Positions 20,979-33,058 are shown, numbered from the stretch's first letter. The stretch is DNA of 64,000 nt from Alphaproteobacteria bacterium (GCA_965237415.1 CBDEFM010000002.1:3776001-3840000); one strand, 5' to 3'. Numbers and translations: made by a program. The notes: a model not told the origin generated them from the sequence alone.

Positions 20979-22390
20979 CAGACAGCCTCCTGCCCGACCT
21001 CGAAGCCCACTTCTGCCTTCCGCATGGCGTCGCGCGGTAGGATGCCGAGCATCAGCACCACCGCCCCCGGAAAGTGCGCTTCGTCCAGCGCTTCGGGCAG
21101 CCGGAGCAGCGTCGTTGCAACGACCCGTTTGTCCGGGCGGGAGGCGTTCTCGACGATCGTGACCGGCGTCGATGGCACGGCCCCGCGCATCAGCAGGCGT
21201 CCCCGCAGGAAGGCGGCCGCCCGTTTGCCCATGTAGATCGCGGCGACGGATCCGGGGCGGGCCAGGGCAGCCCAATCCTGCTCGGCGAACCCATCAACGT
21301 CGCTGCCGGTGAGGATCCGAAGCTCCGAGTTCCGCCCGCGGCGTGTCAGCGAGACCCCCATGTCCGCGGCAGCACCGGCGGCGGCCGTGATTCCCGGAAC
21401 AACCTCCCAAGGGATGCCTTCGGCCTCCAGCGCCTCGATCTCTTCGTCCAGCCTACCGAACACCGCCGGATCGCCGGACTTGAGGCGGACCACATGGCGA
21501 CCCGCGCGGGCCTGGCGAACCATCAGCGCGTTGATGGATCCCTGCTGCCATGCAGGGCCGAAGCCCTTCTTGCCCGCGCAGATCCGCACTGCCTCGCGCC
21601 GCACGAGCTCAAGGACTTGCGGGGAGACAAGCCGGTCATGCACCACGATGTCCGCCTCGTGCAGACGGTTGCGGGCCTTGAGTGTCAGCAGCTCCGGGTC
21701 CCCCGGCCCGGCGCCGACAAGGGAGACCCAGCCGGCGGGGCGACCGCCCTCGGTAGTCTCGTCGAGAAGGGCGCTCAGGCAATCGCGCGCGCCCTTCTCG
21801 CCGTTTCGCGCAAAGGCGCAGGGGCCCTGCCGGGAGAAATACTCGGACCAGAAGGCGTGCTGCATCCGGGCCGGAAGGAGGCGCTCGGCCTGCGGCCGAA
21901 ATGCCTGTGCGATCCGGGCCAACGCCCCGAGTGAGCCCGGCAGCTGGGCCTCGAATACTGCCTTGAGGTTCCGCGCCAGCACCGGCGCCGTCCCTTCGGT
22001 TCCGATGGCCACGGTGAGCGGATCGCGGTCCACGATAGCCGGCGTGATGAAGTCGCTGTCTTCGAGATTATCGACGACGTTGACGGGGATTCTGCGCCGC
22101 CGGGCCAGCGCGGCGGCACGAGCATCCTCCTCGGGATCGTCGCTCGCGCAATAGAGGAGCGCCGCACCCTCCAGGTCCGTGCCCTCTACGCGGCGTTCGT
22201 CGTGGCGCAACGCGCCTTCGCGGTGCCACGACAGGATGTCCGGGTCCGGGTCGGGGCCGAATACGGTGATCTGCGCGTCGGTCTTCAGGAGCAGGCGCAG
22301 CTTGGCCGTCGCAGCGCGCCCCGCGCCGGAAACGACGACACGCCTGCCCGAGAGACGGAGGAAGATGGGGAAATGCTGCACGGCGGCCAC
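20978..22390 (-). CDS. cysG: Siroheme synthase
   Basis: N-terminal dehydrogenase (NVVD..DFITPAIVDR) plus SUMT domain (VGAGPGDPELLT, RLKSGDP, VPGITAA). Confidence 0.95.
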   Translation of the reverse strand: MAAVQHFPIFLRLSGRRVVVSGAGRAATAKLRLLLKTDAQITVFGPDPDPDILSWHREGALRHDERRVEGTDLEGAALLYCASDDPEEDARAAALARRRRIPVNVVDNLEDSDFITPAIVDRDPLTVAIGTEGTAPVLARNLKAVFEAQLPGSLGALARIAQAFRPQAERLLPARMQHAFWSEYFSRQGPCAFARNGEKGARDCLSALLDETTEGGRPAGWVSLVGAGPGDPELLTLKARNRLHEADIVVHDRLVSPQVLELVRREAVRICAGKKGFGPAWQQGSINALMVRQARAGRHVVRLKSGDPAVFGRLDEEIEALEAEGIPWEVVPGITAAAGAAADMGVSLTRRGRNSELRILTGSDVDGFAEQDWAALARPGSVAAIYMGKRAAAFLRGRLLMRGAVPSTPVTIVENASRPDKRVVATTLLRLPEALDEAHFPGAVVLMLGILPRDAMRKAEVGFEVGQEAV

Positions 22391-22420
22391 CTGTTGCCGA
22401 TTGCGCTTGGCGTAGGCGGA

Positions 22421-22508
22421 TAGTACATATTTTCTAATAACTTGACAATACGCTTATAAAATAAGGATAAAGTCTATATAATACTACGAATATTAGTACA
22501 TTTTTCTA
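22421..22508. promoter_or_regulatory. AT-rich divergent promoter region with two putative Lrp-family boxes
   Basis: TAGTACATATTTTCTA (22421-22436) and TAGTACATTTTTCTA (22494-22508); TTGACA at 22442. Confidence 0.55.
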
Positions 22509-22511
22509 CTT

Positions 22512-22988
22512 ATGGCGGAGGTGGAGATGGCTGTCCAGCTCGATGGCGTCGATCGGAAAATCCTTGCAGCGATGCAGGAGGACGCCTCGCGCTCCCTGGA
22601 CGACATCGCAGAGAGAGCCGGCGCCTCACGCACGCCCGTTTGGCATCGCATTCGCAAGCTCCGGGCTGCGGGGATCATCCGACAGAACACGGTTCTTCTC
22701 GACCCCGACAAGCTGGGGCTGGAGGCGTGCTTCTTTGTGCTCATTCGGACATCCGAACATCAGAAGGAGTGGCAGGACCGGTTCCTGGAGACTCTGAAGG
22801 GACGCCCGGAGGTGATGGAGGCTCACCGTCTGGCGGGTGACGTCGATTACATCCTGAAAGTCCGCGTGAGGAACGCCAGGGCCTATGACGAATTCTACCA
22901 GGCGCTCATTTCGCAGGTGAAGATCTTCAACATCACCGCGCTGCTTTCCATGGAGGAGATCAAGTCGACGACCGTGTTGCCTCTCTGA
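22512..22988 (+). CDS. Lrp/AsnC family regulator (DecR/YbaO-like)
   Basis: LDGVDRKIL..MQED, HTH with TPVWHRI, HRLAGDVDY; divergent from cysG. Confidence 0.92.
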   Translation: MAEVEMAVQLDGVDRKILAAMQEDASRSLDDIAERAGASRTPVWHRIRKLRAAGIIRQNTVLLDPDKLGLEACFFVLIRTSEHQKEWQDRFLETLKGRPEVMEAHRLAGDVDYILKVRVRNARAYDEFYQALISQVKIFNITALLSMEEIKSTTVLPL

Positions 22989-23258
22989 GCGCAAGATGCC
23001 TGCGCAAACCTGCAGACTTGGACCGCCGATATTGAGATTGATCTCGTCGCGGCGGAACGCCAGGCCGTCTATCCTGTGGCGCCGCCCGCCGTGGCGACGA
23101 TCCTGCCGGATCCGCCCCCATCCCATCGATGCGGTCTCATCCTGACACTGTCTCATCCCGACTCTTGACGGGCCGACCGACAATCGCGAACCGAGCGGCC
23201 GGCGAAAGACCGCTGTGCCGCGCGGTACGCCGCGCTCGAAACTGCCGCGGCCCGGCGC

Positions 23259-24620
<1,362 letters not shown>

Positions 24621-24671
24621 TCCCCGGCCGATCCCGGACCCTATCAAGACCGCGCCCGGGACGCGCGGCGC

Positions 24672-25880
24672 CTACTGGGAGCGCACCAGGACGAGCGGTC
24701 CGTTCGGCATGTCGGGATTGAGCGATATTCGGTGCGCCGGATCGCGAAGCACATGCGCTCTCGCGAACCATCCCATGCGGAAGGTCCTCGGGTTGGGGTG
24801 CGGCGCGGTACACATTGCCTCTGCGCCGGATTCCAGATGGCTCTCGATCAAGCGTTCATACGCGGTGCGGAATTTTTCTGCGATGAAGGGCGCGATCGTG
24901 TGCGAGCCGCTCAGTCCTTCGAAATATCGGCCGGATTCGAAGACCGTCGCGATCGCCTCGGAGAACTCCTTCATTTGGGACGCGGCAACATCGACCATGA
25001 GCCCGCCATGTCCCGGACGCGCTGCGTGGCAGAATGCTGTGTCGGCAATATCGCGTACCGCGCGCTCAAGCTCATCGCCCGCGTCGACATGCCAGTGGGT
25101 GACGTTCCGCAGATGACGATGCACGGGAATTCCGTTGCGTCCGGGTGAGAGCGCGACCATGGCGGCTGTTTCCCGGCTCCCCTGAAAATCTAGCCGCTTC
25201 AAATCGGGTTGGCGCGCCAACGCCATTCCGGCGTCGGAGCCGCTGCCCTGAATCAGATTGAATACACCGCCCGGAGCGCCGGCGCGGTTCAGCGCATCGG
25301 CAAGAAACACAGGCGAGAGCGGCGCCTGGATCGAGGGATGAACGACCGCCGTGTTGCCCGCCGCCAAATCCAAGGCCAGGGTCCGGATGCAGAGCGTGAG
25401 CGGGCTGCTCCAGGACAGGATATGCCCGATTACACCTGGCGCGGTGTCGTCCGACGTCCCGGAAACACCCGTCAATTGCGCCCGGGTCTCGCGGATCGCC
25501 GACAGGGTGTCGTCCCTCGCTGCCTGCTGGGGCAGTCCGGTGTCACGGCAGATGACCGCCGCGACCTGCTCGATCCGGCTGGCAACGTCTTCCAGCGCAC
25601 CGTCGACAATCTCTGCGCGTCGGGGGTCCGAAAGCGGTGCCCAGCGGTCGATGGCGGTGCGGGCCGCTGACATCGCCGCGGCAATATCGCGGTGGGTGGA
25701 GAGCGGGACGGCGGCAATGACGGAGCTGTCGGAAGGATCGTAGATGTCGAACGAATAGCCTTCGCGCGTAAACCTCCAATTGCCGCCGATAAAGTTGCGT
25801 TCGGACTGTTCGTACCAGGGAAGTCCGGCGCCGGCGCTTTCGGTCGAAGCGAACGTGAACGCGCAGCCCGCCGGGGCCAC
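24672..25880 (-). CDS. Aldehyde dehydrogenase-like protein with degenerate catalytic motifs (aldH2 position)
   Basis: [20 protein letters not shown] and FQGS are present; PWN reads SWS, and no ELGGK or GQxC motif is seen. Confidence 0.65.
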   Translation of the reverse strand: MAPAGCAFTFASTESAGAGLPWYEQSERNFIGGNWRFTREGYSFDIYDPSDSSVIAAVPLSTHRDIAAAMSAARTAIDRWAPLSDPRRAEIVDGALEDVASRIEQVAAVICRDTGLPQQAARDDTLSAIRETRAQLTGVSGTSDDTAPGVIGHILSWSSPLTLCIRTLALDLAAGNTAVVHPSIQAPLSPVFLADALNRAGAPGGVFNLIQGSGSDAGMALARQPDLKRLDFQGSRETAAMVALSPGRNGIPVHRHLRNVTHWHVDAGDELERAVRDIADTAFCHAARPGHGGLMVDVAASQMKEFSEAIATVFESGRYFEGLSGSHTIAPFIAEKFRTAYERLIESHLESGAEAMCTAPHPNPRTFRMGWFARAHVLRDPAHRISLNPDMPNGPLVLVRSQ

Positions 25881-26081
25881 CGCTGTGCCCCGGCCGTCCC
25901 CTTACGATATCACTGATCATCCCCGACGAGGCTGGCGGGAGCACTCTTCCCGTTCAACATGTCGTCGCCGACGAGACCCTGCCGGCGGCGCAGCGCTCAC
26001 GGTGGGGGTCGTAGGAACGGCGAAGGGAGAGGGTATGCGGCGGGCCGGCAACCGCGCGGGGCGCGGCTGCCGGGAGCGCCC

Positions 26082-27104
26082 TCAGGCATCGCCGCTCAGG
26101 CCCGCCTGCCACTTCAGTTCGGCCCAGCGCGCCAAGACGTCGTCGGCAATATTCTGGGCCGAAAGACCGTCGACGTTCGCTGCGATCATGTCCGATCCGG
26201 ATGTGATGATCGCCTCCGCATGGCCGTTCCATTTGGCGGCAAAATCGCGCAGGACATCCCGGTTCGCGGCATCCTCGGCGACGATGAGATTCATGGCCGC
26301 GACGGTCCAACGGTCATGTCGCTCGCAATCTTGATAGAGGTTCTCCAGCAGCAGGCCATCGAGCTCGTCGCCGGCCAGGCGCGCTGCGCGCGATAGCTGG
26401 TTGACGAAAAGATTGTCGCAGACCGGCCGGATAATCAGATTGAACGCGACCAGCGCTTCGTCCCACTCATAGACGAGGAGCAGCTTCTCCATGGCCTCGC
26501 GGACGGGCTGCCACGATGGCGCCTCTTCCCAGGTCGCTCGTTCGCCGCTGCCGAAGCCGTGCGACGGATGCTCCGTGCCGAGCTGCCGCGTCCGATAGGC
26601 GATGCGCTGGACGCGGCGAAGCTGATCGGCAACCTGAAACGACGCGCAATCAGCGACATAGGAAGACGCGGCAATCTGTTGGATGTAGGCCGACAGCATC
26701 TGCTGCACGTGCGTCAAATAGCGACAAGGCGTCATTGCCGTGAGCAGGAGCTGCAGGCACTCGTTCGTGAGGCGCCCGTCGCTCGTGTCTTCCTGGGTAA
26801 ATGAGGCAAGAAGCTTGTCGATATAGGCTTCCTGCGTGTCCTGCATCTTGACGTAGCTGTGGTAGGTGACCCGGTCCGGATCGCGGAAGGCATCCCAGTT
26901 CCCGACCTTGATCAAGATATCGTCCCGATATTTTTTGAGCCACACGTTGCCGTGGACGTCCGGCCCCATTTCCAGGGGCGTTTCGCCGGTCGTGTGGTTC
27001 AAGTTGTGGGTGACGATCTCGCAATCGCTGGGCTTGCCGGTCACATCGCCCAACGTGCTCCAGGTCTTCTTCCGCGGGCGCCGGCGTGCTGTTGTTTCGG
27101 CCAT
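26082..27104 (-). CDS. isoE: Alkene/isoprene monooxygenase hydroxylase beta subunit
   Basis: KKTWS...KPS, WDAFRDPD, DQLRRVQRIAYRT, WDEAL; operon position. Confidence 0.88.
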   Translation of the reverse strand: MAETTARRRPRKKTWSTLGDVTGKPSDCEIVTHNLNHTTGETPLEMGPDVHGNVWLKKYRDDILIKVGNWDAFRDPDRVTYHSYVKMQDTQEAYIDKLLASFTQEDTSDGRLTNECLQLLLTAMTPCRYLTHVQQMLSAYIQQIAASSYVADCASFQVADQLRRVQRIAYRTRQLGTEHPSHGFGSGERATWEEAPSWQPVREAMEKLLLVYEWDEALVAFNLIIRPVCDNLFVNQLSRAARLAGDELDGLLLENLYQDCERHDRWTVAAMNLIVAEDAANRDVLRDFAAKWNGHAEAIITSGSDMIAANVDGLSAQNIADDVLARWAELKWQAGLSGDA

Positions 27105-27139
27105 GATTTCCCCCAGTGTCTCTCTCGCTGCTGGAACCG

Positions 27140-27445
27140 TCAGTTGACGTAGTACCAGCGCATCTGCTCCGTGCTCGATTGCATCCGGCCCTTGAAGGAC
27201 GGCATCTCAACCTCAAGCATCGCGAGGTCGAAGGCACGGCCCAGGTGCTTTTCGATCGACGCCTTGGTCAGGACGCAATCGCGCTCTGTATGGATGCGGA
27301 CGTAGTCCTCGCGTTCGAAGACCATCACTTCGCGATCCGGATTGTCGTCGATCACGGCGTCGATCACCGCGTCGGCGAGATCGCCCGTCCGAATGATCGG
27401 GCCGACCAGATTTTCGTCCATATTCGCGAATTCGTCGGAGCTCAT
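27140..27445 (-). CDS. isoD: Monooxygenase coupling/effector protein (MmoB/DmpM family)
   Basis: VGPIIR...DNPD...YVRI...MPSFKGR. Confidence 0.9.
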   Translation of the reverse strand: MSSDEFANMDENLVGPIIRTGDLADAVIDAVIDDNPDREVMVFEREDYVRIHTERDCVLTKASIEKHLGRAFDLAMLEVEMPSFKGRMQSSTEQMRWYYVN

Positions 27446-27469
27446 CGTCCTCGTTCCTTTCTCGCGCTA

Positions 27470-27832
27470 TCAGGCGTCGGGCTCGGAGCCTATGAAGACG
27501 CGACCGCCTTCCACCTTCACGGGAAACGTCTTCAGGCATTCGGTTGCCGGGTTCACCCCTTGGCCGCCGTCGGCACGAAATTCCCAGAGATGGGCGCGGC
27601 AGATGATGACACCGTCTTCGGTCAACTCTCCGTCTGCCAGCGGCGTGCTCTGATGCGGGCAAATGGCGTCGTAGGCGAAATACCGCCCGCCGTATCGAAC
27701 GAGCAGCACTTCGTGCTCCCCGACATCGAATGCGTCCATGTCGCCATCCCAGAGCTCGTCCTCGGCACAGAGATCGACGTATTCGATGTCGTCGGCCGCC
27801 GCCGCCGTTGCGGTCGCCGCTACTCCTTCCAT
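27470..27832 (-). CDS. isoC: Rieske ferredoxin of the monooxygenase
   Basis: CPHQ...CRAHLWEF Rieske ligands. Confidence 0.9.
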   Translation of the reverse strand: MEGVAATATAAAADDIEYVDLCAEDELWDGDMDAFDVGEHEVLLVRYGGRYFAYDAICPHQSTPLADGELTEDGVIICRAHLWEFRADGGQGVNPATECLKTFPVKVEGGRVFIGSEPDA

Positions 27833-28086
27833 CGCACGTCGAACCATTGAAGCGGCAGGATGTCCGTCGTCGCCATAAGCTCTTCGAGGCGCTGATCGCC
27901 CGGCAGGACCTCGCCGTTGAACAGGACCTCGTAGCCCTCGGCTTCCGGGTTTCCTGGCAGGCGCCGGCCCACGCTGTGCACTGCCACCTTTTCCGCGATC
28001 TGGTCGAAGGTGTCCTCGGTATCGACCGCCGCGAGGTGCGGAATGTGGTCGCCGACAAAGCGGCCGGTGATCGGGAAGAGAGCCAT
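27820..28086 (-). CDS. isoB: Hydroxylase gamma subunit (TmoB/XamoB-like)
   Basis: MALFPITGRFVGD...VDTEDT..QIAEKVAVHSVGRR...PLQWFDVR; RBS GGAGG. Confidence 0.9.
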   Translation of the reverse strand: MALFPITGRFVGDHIPHLAAVDTEDTFDQIAEKVAVHSVGRRLPGNPEAEGYEVLFNGEVLPGDQRLEELMATTDILPLQWFDVRWKE

Positions 28087-28133
28087 GTCATTACCTCCGC
28101 GCTGGAATTGCGGGTGGACTGGTGCCCTGCCGG

Positions 28134-29627
28134 CTATTCGGCAGCGGCCGGCATGTCCTTGTAGTCCTCGGCCCAGGCGTAGCCGTACACATCGTCGCCC
28201 ATGACGTCGGGCGTGATGCTCATCCACTCCAGCCCGCCCGCGAGGTTCATCGGCTGGATCATGCCGGCGATGAAGCGGTCGACGACGTTCATGTGGCCGG
28301 CGTAACGCTCCGGCTCGAGCTCGAAGATCCACTTCGAAATCTCGCTGTCGAATTGATAGACGCGGCCCTTGTAGATGACCTGGTGGCAGCCGAGATGATG
28401 GCGGTCTATACCGGAGCCGAGAGGCAGCTGCGTGATGTTGCAGAGCGACGGCAGGGTCTCGGGAAAGGTCTTCTCCATATTGCCGTCATTGACGTTCCTG
28501 ATGATCTCGTCCCAAAGATAGCCCCAGCTGTCTTCCCAGGTCGAATACTTCTCGTTGAGCCACTTGCGTTCGGCCTTCGAGACGCCGGCATTGGGCTTCC
28601 AGAAGAGCGTCGGCCGCCAGAACCAGGTGCCGATGTGCATGGAATGGTGCCCGTGATCCAGGGCTACCTGGAACTGCGGCCAGTACCAGGGCTTCTCCAG
28701 CCCATAGTCGCGCAGGATCCGCTCATGGTGTTTGACGATCCATTCGAGCATGAATTCCTTGAACGACATCTTCCGCTTGGCGAGCGGCGTGTAGTAGTCC
28801 ATCGACGTACCGGTCAGCGTCTGGAACAGGCGGAAGGTGCGCCAGAACGAAACGTCCAGGACTTGCTGGGCGCGCTTCGGATCGTGCTTGATGACGACGT
28901 CCAGCGTCGGGAATCCGATCTGGGCATGGCGTGCTTCATCCGTCTGAATGCTTGAGAGCATGTTCGAGAAGTTGACATCGCCCGCCTCCATGGCGTCCGA
29001 CGCCATGGCGATGAACTGGATGTTGGTGAAGCCGTGCTCGACCGTCAGTGAGGTCGCGAGCGACGCCTCCACGCAATCCGCGTTCAGCATCACGTCGTCG
29101 AAGAAATTGCGCACAGCCAGGACGCCCCACTCGTTGGTGTGAAACGCCTTCTGGCACCAGTCGAAGCGCGGATCCTCGTTCAGCAGATCGTGGCTGAAGC
29201 GCATATCCAACTGGGCGTGCCGAATTTCGTCGAGCATTCCGAACGCACAGAGACTGCGCCAGCGGGGGCTCGGCGCGAAGCGGCTGAAGCGGCTCTGCAT
29301 GGTCACCGCCATCTGCTCGACCATGCACGTCGTCCCCATGTGCAGATGGGAGGAGGCCTGGTGCCCTGCGTCGAGCTTGTCGTAGAGCTTGGCCCGCAGC
29401 ATGGCTTCGCGTATGGCGCTGACGCCGGCTTCCTTCTCGCGCTGCACCATCACATATTCGCGGTAGGAAACGCGGTACGGCTCGTCCCAGTCTTCCCAGG
29501 CGTCCAGCGGGATGCCTTTCGCACCGACCCATTCCTCGGGGAAGGCGTCCTCGCGGTCGACGTAACTCAACGTCCAGTCGAGGTCGCGAGAGATGTCGTA
29601 CCAGTCATCGCGATTCAGTAACGCCAT
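28134..29627 (-). CDS. isoA: Group-1 SDIMO hydroxylase alpha subunit (IsoA/XamoA-like)
   Basis: Diiron motifs DEIRH and DEARH; 497 aa; closely resembles remembered Xanthobacter Py2 XamoA (MALLNRDDWYDI...). Confidence 0.92.
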   Translation of the reverse strand: MALLNRDDWYDISRDLDWTLSYVDREDAFPEEWVGAKGIPLDAWEDWDEPYRVSYREYVMVQREKEAGVSAIREAMLRAKLYDKLDAGHQASSHLHMGTTCMVEQMAVTMQSRFSRFAPSPRWRSLCAFGMLDEIRHAQLDMRFSHDLLNEDPRFDWCQKAFHTNEWGVLAVRNFFDDVMLNADCVEASLATSLTVEHGFTNIQFIAMASDAMEAGDVNFSNMLSSIQTDEARHAQIGFPTLDVVIKHDPKRAQQVLDVSFWRTFRLFQTLTGTSMDYYTPLAKRKMSFKEFMLEWIVKHHERILRDYGLEKPWYWPQFQVALDHGHHSMHIGTWFWRPTLFWKPNAGVSKAERKWLNEKYSTWEDSWGYLWDEIIRNVNDGNMEKTFPETLPSLCNITQLPLGSGIDRHHLGCHQVIYKGRVYQFDSEISKWIFELEPERYAGHMNVVDRFIAGMIQPMNLAGGLEWMSITPDVMGDDVYGYAWAEDYKDMPAAAE

Positions 29628-29724
29628 CGTTGATTTCCTCCCATACGTGTCGGCCGGTCCGGTCGCTGCATTCCCCGATACGATGCGTGGACCCGATCGC
29701 TCCGGTCCGCGCAGGGCACAGCAG

Positions 29725-30438
29725 TTACACGTCGAAACGCGCCTTCATCCGGTCCAGGTAGCCCGTCAGGTTCGGCTTGCCCGCCGCATAGTCCTTGGTG
29801 TCGAAGTCGAACGGCGTGTCGATGATGTGGCGCAGGCTCGAGGCAACCGCCGCGTCGATCGAGCGGGGCTCGGCGCCCATCAGGAATCCGTCGCCGCCGA
29901 TCCGCGTATCGATCGCGTCGATGTCTTCGCGGGCTCGCCCGTAGATCACGTCGCCCGACATGCGGCCAAAACCGCTGTGCATTAACTGCGTGACGATGCG
30001 GTGGCGGAAATCGTCGGCGAAGGCGCGGAGCGGAGGCGGAATTTCATCGGTGCCGGCGATGAGCCGCAGATAGATTTCAAAGTTCGGAGTCTCGCACCAG
30101 CGCGGCTGGATGACGGTGGTCCAGTAGAGATGCTCGTCGATCAGACGGTTCCAGGCGTGCATGTCCGCCTTCTCGGCAGCGGAGGCGCCTCCGTCCAGCG
30201 AATCGCCGTACTTGCCCTTCTAGTAGTTGATGATGGCCGTGGAATCCGCGACCGACTCATCGCCATCCTCGATCATCGGCAGCTTGCCGTGCGGCGTATC
30301 CTGGTCGAGCCTCGTCAGGTCCTGGTTGACGAACTCGTGCTCGATCCCCGCCATCTTCATGTAGTAGATGACCTTGGTGACATACGGGCTGATGCACGGC
30401 ACCGTCCAGCCTGGCAGATACCCATAGACCTTGATCAT
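29725..30438 (-). pseudogene. isoI: Isoprene-epoxide glutathione S-transferase with an in-frame TAG at 30220-30222
   Basis: MIKVYGY.P.W..P.ISPYVTKV, QDL..LDQD.PHGKLP and EHLYW match remembered Rhodococcus IsoI; both halves are in one frame, 237 codons. Confidence 0.88.
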
Positions 30439-30502
30439 GGTTGTTCCTCCGCTCTGCGCTTTCGCTCGTCAGGCATTCCAGGCGATGCCATAGTTATAGC
30501 CG

Positions 30503-31183
30503 TCACCACGCCAATTCTTCGCCGTTGGCATGCCAAAACCGGCCCGATGTCTCGAGGCTGAGGGCATCCATCCGCCGGATCAGCCCCTCCGCCGCCTCAT
30601 CCGGCGTGATGTATTCGAAGTCTCCCGGAATATCCTTGGTGAGGTCGGTCGCCACCATACCGGGATGCAGCGCCGCCACGGCGATGCCGCGCGCCGACAA
30701 GTCATGGTGGAGATTGAGGGTCACCATGTTGGCGCCCGCCTTCGAGGCGCGATAGGCGTACATCTGCCCGGAGCCGTTATCGGAAAGCGAGCCGACGCGG
30801 CTGGTAATCACGCCCACCTTGGCGTTCGCTGCCAGATAGGGGAGCGACGCCTCGATGGCCCGCAGGGGGCCGATGGTGTTGATCTCGATCTGCCGGCGCA
30901 GGTCGTCATAGTCGATCTTGCCCAGCTCATCGAGGCCGAGCACGCCGGCGACGTGGACGAGACAATCGATCTTGTCGTCGCGGCTGGCCAGCGCCTCCGC
31001 CATGTTCACCACCGCGGCTGCGGAGGTCACGTCGACGTTGGGGATCACGTCGATGCCGGCGCCGTTATAAGCCTCTCCCGGACCCAGGCAGACCGACACC
31101 ACCGTCTCCCCCCGCGCGGCCAATTGCCGGCAAATGGAAAGGCCGATCCCGCGATCAGCACCGATGATCAGATAAGTTGCCAT
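30503..31183 (-). CDS. isoH: SDR dehydrogenase, IsoH-like
   Basis: GADRGIG, HVAGV..LDE, RRQIEINT.GPLR, YRASK, HPGMVATDLTKD; 226 aa like remembered IsoH. Confidence 0.88.
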   Translation of the reverse strand: MATYLIIGADRGIGLSICRQLAARGETVVSVCLGPGEAYNGAGIDVIPNVDVTSAAAVVNMAEALASRDDKIDCLVHVAGVLGLDELGKIDYDDLRRQIEINTIGPLRAIEASLPYLAANAKVGVITSRVGSLSDNGSGQMYAYRASKAGANMVTLNLHHDLSARGIAVAALHPGMVATDLTKDIPGDFEYITPDEAAEGLIRRMDALSLETSGRFWHANGEELAW

Positions 31184-31233
31184 TCAGCCGCTCACCCCTG
31201 CTTCGGCCGATACCGGATCTCGCTTTACCCTAG

Positions 31234-31342
31234 GAGCCTGCGCCGCAGAACGCTTTTGGGCACCTTCAGACACCATAGGTAGTGGTGACGAATGATCTGA
31301 TACTACTACATATAGTAGTCAATTTTCCTACGGCGCAGGCTC
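31234..31342. mobile_element. 109-bp MITE (family B) with IS1182-like ends
   Basis: TIR GAGCCTGCGCCG at both ends; flanked by CTAG at 31230-31233 and 31343-31346. Confidence 0.88.
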
Positions 31343-31346
31343 CTAG

Positions 31347-32992
31347 GAGCGTGCGCCGTAGAAGTTTTGATGCTGGGCGATTGGCGCGGGGCCGCCGGAG
31401 AGGTGGGATTTTGGCCCGAGTGTGGACATCTGGCCCGCCCGGTCTGGGATGGAAATCCCTGACCGGAAGGCCGGAACGGAAGAGATTCGCGTTTCATACG
31501 CGGTCGATGGGCACTGCGCGCCCCGGAGCAAGTGCGTTGGCAGGCCAGCACCTGCCTCAGCACGTTGCCACCGTCCCCATCCGCTCGATGTTCAACGCCA
31601 AGCACACGAGGTCCCACTCGCCGCGCACCTTCGCCAAGCCTCGCAGGCTGAATCGTCGGAACCCGAGCACCTTCTCGATCCACCCGTTCGGCGCCTCCGA
31701 GAGCCACTTGCGTTGCGCGTACCGGGCTTTGCCCGCGGGGCTCGCCAGTTTCTCACCCATGCGGTGCGTGGCAGGGAGCCGGGCCGGGTCGACCGCCACC
31801 TGGGACTTGCCTTCACGCCCCAGCGCTACGTGCGCGTCGATGCCGCGGTCTTCCAGCTCCAACAGATCCGGCTCGTTGCAGTAGCCCGCATCGGCCAGTA
31901 CCACCGCAGGCTCGACCCCAAACGTCTCGTTGATCTCGTCGAGCATCCCCACCAGCTGACCCTGGTCGCTGGCCTGTGGCCCCACCTGAGCCGCGACGAT
32001 GATCCGGTGCTCCCCATCGACCGCCATCTGCGCGTTGTAGCACTGCTGGAATCCCTCGCTGCTGGTCTTCATGATCTGGCTCTCGGGATCGGTGAAATTG
32101 CTCTGCGCCTTCGGCTCGGGCTCGCCGTAGGCCCGCTTGTAGGGCCGCCCGCCCCGGGGATTGCGGTCCTGCCCAGGCTCGCGCCCGCGCTCATCGTCGC
32201 GCCCGCGTTGCGCCGCCTCCAAACGCGCTTTGGCTGCCTGGATCGCCGCCAGGCGCTTCTCCCTGCGTTGCAACTCCTCGGGCAACTCGTCGCCCCGGAA
32301 ATCCTCGCCCCAACGCTCGTCTTCTTCGGCGTCCACCATCCCCGCCCTCGTCAGCAGCGCCTCGATCTCCGCCTGCAAGCGAGCCGCCTCTTTGCCCATC
32401 CGCTCATAGCTCATCGCCTTGCGCTTGCTCGCGTTCGCTCGCACCTTCGTCCCGTCGACCGAGAGCTTGCCGAACCGCGCCAGTCCCATCTCGCGCGCCA
32501 CCTGCACCACCCCCACAAACAGCTCGCTGAACGCCGCCAGATGTCGGCGTCGGAACTCACATACCGTGCGATGTTGCGGGAAGTTGCCCGCCGCGAGCAT
32601 CCGAAACGCTACATCCTCCTCCAGCTTCCTCGCCACCGCGCGCGAGGAGAATGTGCCCGTCGCGTAGGCATAGATCAGCACCTTGACCATCATCGACGGC
32701 TCGTAGGGGGCGTTGCGTCGACCGTCCCCCTCGTAGGGCGCATAGAACGCCGTCAAGTCCAGTGCATCGACCACATCGCTGACGTGATGAGCCAGGTGCC
32801 CTGGGGGAACCCACTCCTGCAAGTCCGGCGGCAAAAGCAAGGGTTGGGCCGGCTGGTAAGCACGAAACGTGGTCGGCATCGGGAGTTCCTACACGCAACT
32901 GGCGTATCGGATCATACTTCCCCCTGCGCAAATCCACCCACAACCCGTCCGCCATCAACTTTGCCGCGCGGACCTTTCCGCGGCGCACGCTC
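31347..32992 (-). mobile_element. IS1182-family element (transposase 31557..32879)
   Basis: TIR GAGCGTGCGCCG, CTAG duplication; YAYATGTFSSR, VDGTKVRANASK and ADAGY motifs. Confidence 0.93.
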
Positions 32993-33035
32993 CTAGGCAG
33001 CGCCGGATATCACCGCATAGCAACTTCCCAATTTG

Positions 33036-33058
33036 ATTGTTCCGCTGAGCCGAACAAT
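33036..33058. promoter_or_regulatory. Putative LysR operator 1
   Basis: ATTGTTC-N9-GAACAAT dyad overlapping the LysR ATG. Confidence 0.65.

Noticed and set aside
22990-23258. Cobalamin or SAM riboswitch upstream of metH
   Set aside because: No B12-box or SAM-II consensus recognised by eye; an Rfam scan would settle it.
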